From contig JAVJWO010000067.1 of assembly GCA_040222015.1 (NCBI GenBank), forward strand, positions 15,272 through 79,271: a DNA stretch of 64,000 nucleotides, given 5' to 3'. Shown piece after piece: positions 58,371 through 64,000 of the stretch. The stretch comes from Coleofasciculus chthonoplastes F2-STO-03 (GTDB taxonomy: Bacteria > Cyanobacteriota > Cyanobacteriia > Cyanobacteriales > Coleofasciculaceae). A model generated the notes under the pieces. The model saw only the letters and a list, made by a program, of their open reading frames with translations. It was not told the origin of the DNA and ran no database searches. The translations under genes were made by a program, and so were the position numbers. The first letter of the stretch is position 1. Each line of letters opens with the position of its first letter.

Positions 58371-58483
58371 CCTGACTAAACATCGTACTACGTTCTAACT
58401 ATAAACGAATTTGGCTAACCTGAAAAGGTATCTCGTTCCGTATAGGAAGTTACAAAGTTATTCAAGTTATGAATAAAAATTAC

Positions 58484-58533
58484 AGAACAGCGATGGTGCA
58501 GGTTCCCTCGCGCTTCAGCCGAGGGATGAAACC
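58484..58533 (+). mobile_element. Isolated IS200/IS605 left-end relic
   Basis: TTAC|AGAACAGCGATGGTGCAGGTTCCCTCG...CGAGGGATGAAACC, similar to the ends at 51730 and 56819. Confidence 0.6.
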
Positions 58534-58670
58534 AAAGATAAAAATTATATCCCCGTCGGCTAGCCACCGATTACAGGCTGAAACCCTAGTCATGCCGTTA
58601 ATTTAGGGAATTGACACTCAGACAGTCTCTGAGAAAGGGATCTGGATCGCGGCAAAATAATTAATAAAAC

Positions 58671-60317
58671 TTAAATAAATTCTGTTAACCCATAACCAGA
58701 TTCAATCTGATCAAATAATACCTTAAGTGCGATCGCCTGCGCCTCTGGCATCTGTCCGTAGGAGTAGACGTAAGGCGTCTGGGCTCTGAGGTGGGGTCGG
58801 AACTGTTCTAGGATGTAGGGGCTACCATAAATCACCAATGCCTCTAAGATTTGATTTTTTAATAATTGCTGTAGCCAATTCATCGCCACGGTGGTTAACC
58901 CAGCCGTATTCCGAAATGGATTACCGCGAATAAAAAGCTGTAGCAGCGTGGGAATCAGCCGATCATTCTCCTCCCTGGATATCCCTGGCGTATGGCGATC
59001 CACCCATTGCAGTTGGTAGCCAAACTGTTGGGGGATAGTAATGGCTGGAGCATTTCGCCCCAAAACATCACAGGTGAGAAGATCATCCACAATGATTAGG
59101 TTACGTCCCTGAGAACTATTGGGGAGCGGTTTTGAGCGCAGGGGGAGGGAACTGCCTACTTGTTGAGAATCGCGGAGTATATGAGTAACTGTCTGAATCG
59201 CCGTCGGTTGAGCGAGATGATCTAGAAACGATAACGGTTGAGAGGGATCACTCCGGCTCACTGGTACTTCTGCACCTGCATTAATTTTTGTCTTCGCCTG
59301 CCAAATTCGTTCAACAGATGCCAGAATGCGATCGCGGGAAATTCGTCCCGCCGTTACCGCCTCACAGATGGCTTGAATCGTGGTTTCTGGATTAACAGGC
59401 ATCAGTAAAATATCCGCCCCCGCTTCCACCGCTTTTACCGGGGCTTCCGTTGCACCATAACGATTCGCGATCGCACCCATAATTAAAGCATCGGTGACAA
59501 TCAACCCTTCAAACCCCAACTCTTGGCGCAGCACTTGGGTTAAAACTTTTTCCGATAACGTCGCTGGAAATTGCTCATCCAAGCTAGGGATCAACAGATG
59601 AGCCGTCATCACCGCATCCACACCCGCCGCCATCGCCGCTTGAAACGGGGGAAACTCGAGCTCGGCTAGTCGCGATCGCGAATGAGATAATATCGGTAAA
59701 TTTAAATGAGAATCGATCGCCGTATCCCCATGACCCGGGAAATGTTTCGCCGTCGTTAACACCGGATAGTCTTGTGTCCCCCGGATAAACTGACAAGCCA
59801 ATTGACTCACGGTTTCCGGTGTGTCAGAAAATGCCCGCACATTAATCACCGGGTTTTGCGGGTTATTATTCACATCAACCACAGGGGCAAGAATCCAGTT
59901 AATCCCAATCGCTAAGGCTTCTTGAGCCGTAATTGCCCCCTTGTGTCGAGCATAGTATTGGGCTTTATCCAGATTCTCACAGGCAATCGCCCCAATTGCC
60001 ATCGGTGGCGGAAACCACGTCGCCCCCGCAAAGCGTTGACCGACTCCTTCTTCAATATCAGCAGCAATCAATAAGGGAATTGGGGCATACTCTTGTAATT
60101 GTCGCGATCGCAGCGCCAATTCTCCAGCACTCCCACCCAGTAAAATCACGCCGCCCACGCCCCAATCCTGTATCCAATGCTGCAATTTAGCGGCTGGAGG
60201 TTCCCAAGCCGGATACTGAATTTGGTGGTCAAACAGGTAGCCAGACGCCCGCACCACAACCATCTGCGCCACCTGTTGTGCCAAGGAGAGAGACTGAATG
60301 TCGGGTAAGGAATTCAT
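58671..60317 (-). CDS. GH3 beta-N-acetylhexosaminidase (NagZ-like)
   Basis: ADIEEG, APVVDVN, KHFPGHG....DSH signature, VTDALIMGA. Confidence 0.88.
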   Translation of the reverse strand: MNSLPDIQSLSLAQQVAQMVVVRASGYLFDHQIQYPAWEPPAAKLQHWIQDWGVGGVILLGGSAGELALRSRQLQEYAPIPLLIAADIEEGVGQRFAGATWFPPPMAIGAIACENLDKAQYYARHKGAITAQEALAIGINWILAPVVDVNNNPQNPVINVRAFSDTPETVSQLACQFIRGTQDYPVLTTAKHFPGHGDTAIDSHLNLPILSHSRSRLAELEFPPFQAAMAAGVDAVMTAHLLIPSLDEQFPATLSEKVLTQVLRQELGFEGLIVTDALIMGAIANRYGATEAPVKAVEAGADILLMPVNPETTIQAICEAVTAGRISRDRILASVERIWQAKTKINAGAEVPVSRSDPSQPLSFLDHLAQPTAIQTVTHILRDSQQVGSSLPLRSKPLPNSSQGRNLIIVDDLLTCDVLGRNAPAITIPQQFGYQLQWVDRHTPGISREENDRLIPTLLQLFIRGNPFRNTAGLTTVAMNWLQQLLKNQILEALVIYGSPYILEQFRPHLRAQTPYVYSYGQMPEAQAIALKVLFDQIESGYGLTEFI

Positions 60318-60423
60318 ATCATGTTTGGTTAAATACTTACACATTGGTACTCTCCCAGCCAGAGGGCAGAGGGCAGAAGACTCCTAGGGAAAGAGCCAGG
60401 TGGCAAGTTAGACGGACATGATA

Positions 60424-60822
60424 TCACTCGTTTTCTGCGTCAAACTGATCATCGAGTCCCTTACGACGACGTTCTTGTGAGAGTTGATTCAATAGTGTCA
60501 ACATACGAGTGCCACGTTCTAAGCCTCGGTCTTCAATAAAGACAACCTCTGGGGTACGACGCAAGCGCACCCGCCGACCTAATTCTCGGCGGACAAAACC
60601 TGTAGCTGATTGTAAACCTGCCATCGTTTCCGATTTTGCCTCTTCGGTGCCATAGATTGAGACATAAATTTTGGCGTGTTGCAAGTCACCTGAAACATCG
60701 ACATCAGTAACACTGACCATTCCAGCACCAACACGGTCATCTTTGATATCGTGCAATAACATTTGACTGACTTCCTGCTGAATCAGCGAGGAAACCCTAG
60801 ACACACGGCGATTTGTAGCCAT
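60424..60822 (-). CDS. rbfA: Ribosome-binding factor A
   Basis: [15 protein letters not shown]...IKDDR...[20 protein letters not shown]...LRRTPE. Confidence 0.97.
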   Translation of the reverse strand: MATNRRVSRVSSLIQQEVSQMLLHDIKDDRVGAGMVSVTDVDVSGDLQHAKIYVSIYGTEEAKSETMAGLQSATGFVRRELGRRVRLRRTPEVVFIEDRGLERGTRMLTLLNQLSQERRRKGLDDQFDAENE

Positions 60823-60842
60823 AACGCCCCCTTTACTAAGTA

Positions 60843-61110
60843 GTCATTCGTCATTCGTCATTTGTCATTCGTCATTTGTCATTCGTCATTCGTCATTTGT
60901 CATTTGTCATTTGTCATTCGTCATTGGTCATTTGTTAGGGAACAGGGAACAGGGAACAGGTAAGCGTTTTGAGTTAACTTCCCCATCTCCCTCATCTTCC
61001 CCATCTTCCCTATCTCCCTCATCTTCCCCATCTCCCTCATCTTCCCCAGCTTCCCCTGCTCCCCCTGCTCCCCCAGCTCCCCCAGCTCCCCCATCTCCCT
61101 CACTCCCTAA
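60843..61110. repeat. Stacked short tandem arrays: GTCATT[C/T] heptamers, GGGAACA x3, and CCCCATCTC/CCCCAGCTC-type nonamers
   Basis: Read directly between DUF751 and rbfA. Confidence 0.9.
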
Positions 61111-61114
61111 TCCC

Positions 61115-61318
61115 CTAAACTGGATTCAGTCCGAGCATGGCACGCAGGGTGAAAACTAAAAACAGAAATGTCCCCACAACCAGACTCACGAGCGCGATCG
61201 CACTCACTGGATTGCTCAGGACTGGCTTAAAGCGTTCAAATAAGGCAAAGAAGATGCCCAAGGATATACTAATCAGGTAACGGGGATATCGGCTAATGTT
61301 TTGCAAAAAGTCTTTCAT
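61115..61318 (-). CDS. DUF751 family protein
   Basis: MKDFLQNISRYPRYLISI.LG...FTLRAMLG; directly upstream of rbfA. Confidence 0.85.
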   Translation of the reverse strand: MKDFLQNISRYPRYLISISLGIFFALFERFKPVLSNPVSAIALVSLVVGTFLFLVFTLRAMLGLNPV

Positions 61319-61488
61319 CAGAAAATCGGGTTGGTAAGGGGGCGAATGGAAACCCCTGTCATTACTGTATCTTGGAGTTCTCAGACATACCATGGCATGT
61401 CTGGAACATGGCTGCCGTTAGCACAGAGGCAGAAACATCTGCCATTATGCACTATATCTTATTTCTCTGAATTTCTAGCTTGAGGCAG

Positions 61489-62739
61489 TTATTGATTTAT
61501 AGAAGTAAACTTTTTGATTGAAGCTGCTGCCTCTTCCGGTTTACCCGATGCCGGAAACACTAAAATACTCTTAATTTTGCTGTTATTCATCAGTTCTTTT
61601 AGACGAGACAACTGCTGATCAGAAATAGCCACCCCTGCATAATTCTCAGCATACTCTAGCTCTTGCTTAAAGTTGTCATCATTATAGGTTTGAATAAATA
61701 CTCGATCAACGTTCCAGTTTTTCCAATCTGCTGCAAAGTAGCGTTTACTCCAATAAGGATTATGATGGCAAAGGTCAAAACTCACGGCTGGATTAGCTTT
61801 CTTCATGTCAGCGATCATTTGCTGGACAAAATTCGTCAAATGGGTCGTGCGATCGACTTTTCCGGGTAAGTCAGCATGATACCCTAGGTAATCATCCCAC
61901 TGCACAGCATCAATCGTCGGATACTTTTGCACAAACTCAACTAATATCTTTTTGAAAAAAGTCGCTACGTCTGGCAGTTCTACATCCAGTAAGTAGTGAT
62001 CAATCCCCGCATAAGTTTTATCCACCCCAGGCACAATCCATCGTTGAGCAATGGCTCTGTCAAAAATCGGGCTATTTTTATCAATTTTAATTCCCTTCTC
62101 AAAATAGGCGTGAACTTCCATTCCCTGCTTATGCGCCTCATCAATCAACCACTCTAACCATTGCTCTTGAAACTTATTAGGACAACTGTTGTATCCGAAG
62201 GTTTGCTGCATCACCTCACTGGGATACATGGTGCAACCATTGCCCCAAACTCCATGAATAATGGTATTGATTCCTTGATCGCGATAATAACGGACTCGTT
62301 CACGAATCATTTTTTCGGTAGCATTATTTGTTGCTTGATACCGACTTAAATAAATTCCTCGGATTTCCTTTTTCTGCCAAGGTGTTTGAGGGGATGGGGA
62401 TGGGGATGGCGATGGCTTGGGGGTGGTGGTTAATGGTGAAGCTTGGGGATTGGGTGTGGGTGTCTGAGTCGGAGTAATAAGTTCTACGGGAGAAGTGGCA
62501 ACCGATACGCTTGGACTAGGCGTAGGAGTTAAATTCGTCGGGGTTGGGGGTTGAGGATTCGATGGAGTCGGTTGTTGATGACTTTGTTGATTATTTGGCA
62601 AAAATTGGCGGATATTGAGATGAGCAAGTAGAGTATCTCGCTGCATAAATCCCCAATAACCAACACCTAACAAAACAACGATTAATGAAATGGGAATAGA
62701 AGCACATCCACATCCCTTCTTTTCTTTTTTCGCTGGCAT
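61489..62739 (-). CDS. Membrane-anchored GHL10 (DUF187) family glycosyl hydrolase-like protein
   Basis: N-terminal TM, Pro/Thr linker, EIRGIYL, GINTI, EAHKQGMEVHAYFE, IDAVQWDDY. Confidence 0.8.
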   Translation of the reverse strand: MPAKKEKKGCGCASIPISLIVVLLGVGYWGFMQRDTLLAHLNIRQFLPNNQQSHQQPTPSNPQPPTPTNLTPTPSPSVSVATSPVELITPTQTPTPNPQASPLTTTPKPSPSPSPSPQTPWQKKEIRGIYLSRYQATNNATEKMIRERVRYYRDQGINTIIHGVWGNGCTMYPSEVMQQTFGYNSCPNKFQEQWLEWLIDEAHKQGMEVHAYFEKGIKIDKNSPIFDRAIAQRWIVPGVDKTYAGIDHYLLDVELPDVATFFKKILVEFVQKYPTIDAVQWDDYLGYHADLPGKVDRTTHLTNFVQQMIADMKKANPAVSFDLCHHNPYWSKRYFAADWKNWNVDRVFIQTYNDDNFKQELEYAENYAGVAISDQQLSRLKELMNNSKIKSILVFPASGKPEEAAASIKKFTSINQ

Positions 62740-63059
62740 GACAACAAAGCGTAATGGTTTAATGATGACACAGCTTGGAGAAAGAGATTCTGGTTGCAGT
62801 TGCTTTAGAGGGTGAGGAGCAACCTGGCTAGAAACCTAGATCCACTTACTCCTAGCTTAACCCATTGCTTCATTTGCTCATTCTAGGTTGCGATCGCGTT
62901 CTTCACCCCATTGGGATCATGTCAGGGAAAGTTGATGAGAGGGTGATCCGATCTAATTGAGTGGATTAGTATTATTAATTGATGCAAGGGGGTTGTCCCT
63001 ACAGTAATGACGTAGCTTGCTTCTCGATGAAAGCGAGTATGGCAAAGGACAAATGACGA

Positions 63060-63632
63060 ATGACAAAGGACAAAATTTTAGCGTTTTGGTTTGGAGAGCC
63101 AGATCACCCAGAGTATGGGAAACCGCGTCAGGCTTGGTTTACCAAAAATTCAGCCTTTGATGAAGAAGTGCGATCGCGCTTTTTGGACGAGTATCAACAA
63201 GCGACGACGGGTCAACTCAACCACTGGCAGGAATCGCCTCATAGCTGTCTGGCGCTGATTCTACTGTTAGATCAATTTCCCCGCAATATGTTTCGGGGTC
63301 AACCTCAAGCCTTTGCTACTGACTCTCAAGCTTTAGCCATCGCCCAACATGCGGTGTCACAGGGTTTTGACCAACAATTGCTCCCGGTACAGCGTTGGTT
63401 TATTTATATGCCCTATGAACATAGTGAGAACTTAGCACACCAGCGTCGGTGTGTTGAGTTATTTTCCACACTGAAAAATGATCCAGACAGCGCCAGTACG
63501 ATTGATTACGCCTATCGCCATCTCAAGGTAATTGAACGTTTTGGGCGATTTCCCCATCGTAACCCGATTATGGGTCGAGAAAGTACACCGGAAGAAGTGG
63601 CGTTTCTTAAACAACCAGGTTCCTCATTTTGA
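63060..63632 (+). CDS. DUF924 family protein
   Basis: ILAFWF, LALILLLDQFPRNMFRG, FIYMPYEHSE, VIERFGRFPHRN. Confidence 0.92.
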   Translation: MTKDKILAFWFGEPDHPEYGKPRQAWFTKNSAFDEEVRSRFLDEYQQATTGQLNHWQESPHSCLALILLLDQFPRNMFRGQPQAFATDSQALAIAQHAVSQGFDQQLLPVQRWFIYMPYEHSENLAHQRRCVELFSTLKNDPDSASTIDYAYRHLKVIERFGRFPHRNPIMGRESTPEEVAFLKQPGSSF

Positions 63633-63800
63633 TCGGGATAAGGCAGAAGGCAGAAGGCAGAAGAGATAAGCTGTTATGCCTTTAAATTAGAAATGGGTAG
63701 CGAGCAAGATGCTCGCACTACATAGAAATATTTCGCCATTATTGACATTAATATTTAAAGCTTGTCTAGTGAGACAGGCTACTTTTTGATTGGTGATTGG

Positions 63801-64000
63801 GGAAGAAGTAATTAGAAATGCCGGATGAATTACATTAAAGTGTAGGGGCGGGTTTAGGAATTAACCTTGATAGTTCATACTAACTGGAATACAAAACCCG
63901 CCCTGCCTATCAATGTTATGAATAAGATTATCTGTATTGACCGAGGAAGAAGTAATTAGAAATGCCGGATGAATTACATTAAGGTGTAGGGGCGGGTTTA
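63801..64000. repeat. 144-bp tandem repeat containing a GTAGGGGCGGGTTT...AAACCCGCCC REP-like element (runs off the window end)
   Basis: ggaagaagtaattagaaatgccggatgaattacattaa starts at 63801 and again at 63945. Confidence 0.85.

Noticed and set aside
58440..58453. NtcA box GTA-N8-TAC upstream of DUF4327
   Set aside because: The core matches, but I find no TAN3T -10 element at the canonical ~22-bp distance, and the short motif arises often by chance.
60911..61159. Short ORFs across the repeat stacks (also at 5616, 25853 and 28113)
   Set aside because: They are translations of STRR, nonamer and REP repeats (VICHLSF, PSSP patterns) with no coding evidence.

Overview
Chromosomal window from a filamentous cyanobacterium, inferred from dense HIP1 GCGATCGC octamers, heptamer STRR arrays, GTAG-headed REP-like palindromes and the rpmI-rplT-SBP-ycf37, rbfA-DUF751 and hemJ genes. 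Housekeeping blocks (lepB/pyrC, rpl genes, ppsA, RDD/SpoIIM, hemJ, CDF, GH3, rbfA) alternate with accessory signalling and secretion DNA. The main feature is a module present twice: a soluble HTH-AAA_35 ATPase gene followed by a membrane AAA_35-CHASE2 sensor gene, transcribed divergently from secreted or surface protein genes (two PEP-CTERM proteins at locus 1, a serralysin-like RTX protease at locus 2). Each copy lies among DUF928, caspase-like CHAT protease and filamentous-haemagglutinin (TPS-domain) genes. Both divergent intergenic regions carry 10-bp-phased direct repeats, and the same TGATA(C/G/T) phased motif occurs at both loci. I infer a proteolysis-triggered, ATPase-relayed transcriptional signalling system, which is a hypothesis and not shown by the sequence. 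Other items: a MetRS of non-typical cyanobacterial type beside an internally deleted TrpB2 remnant; a Ser/Thr kinase fused to a pilin-like domain; a kinase-TPR gene apparently collapsed at a 10-bp microhomology; an Rpn gene with an internal SD/ATG; several IS200/IS605 and IS607 relics including a 50-bp mini-element; a DnaA-box-like triplet; a candidate sRNA; and repeats recruited into coding sequence. All domain calls come from motif recognition by eye, without database searches.
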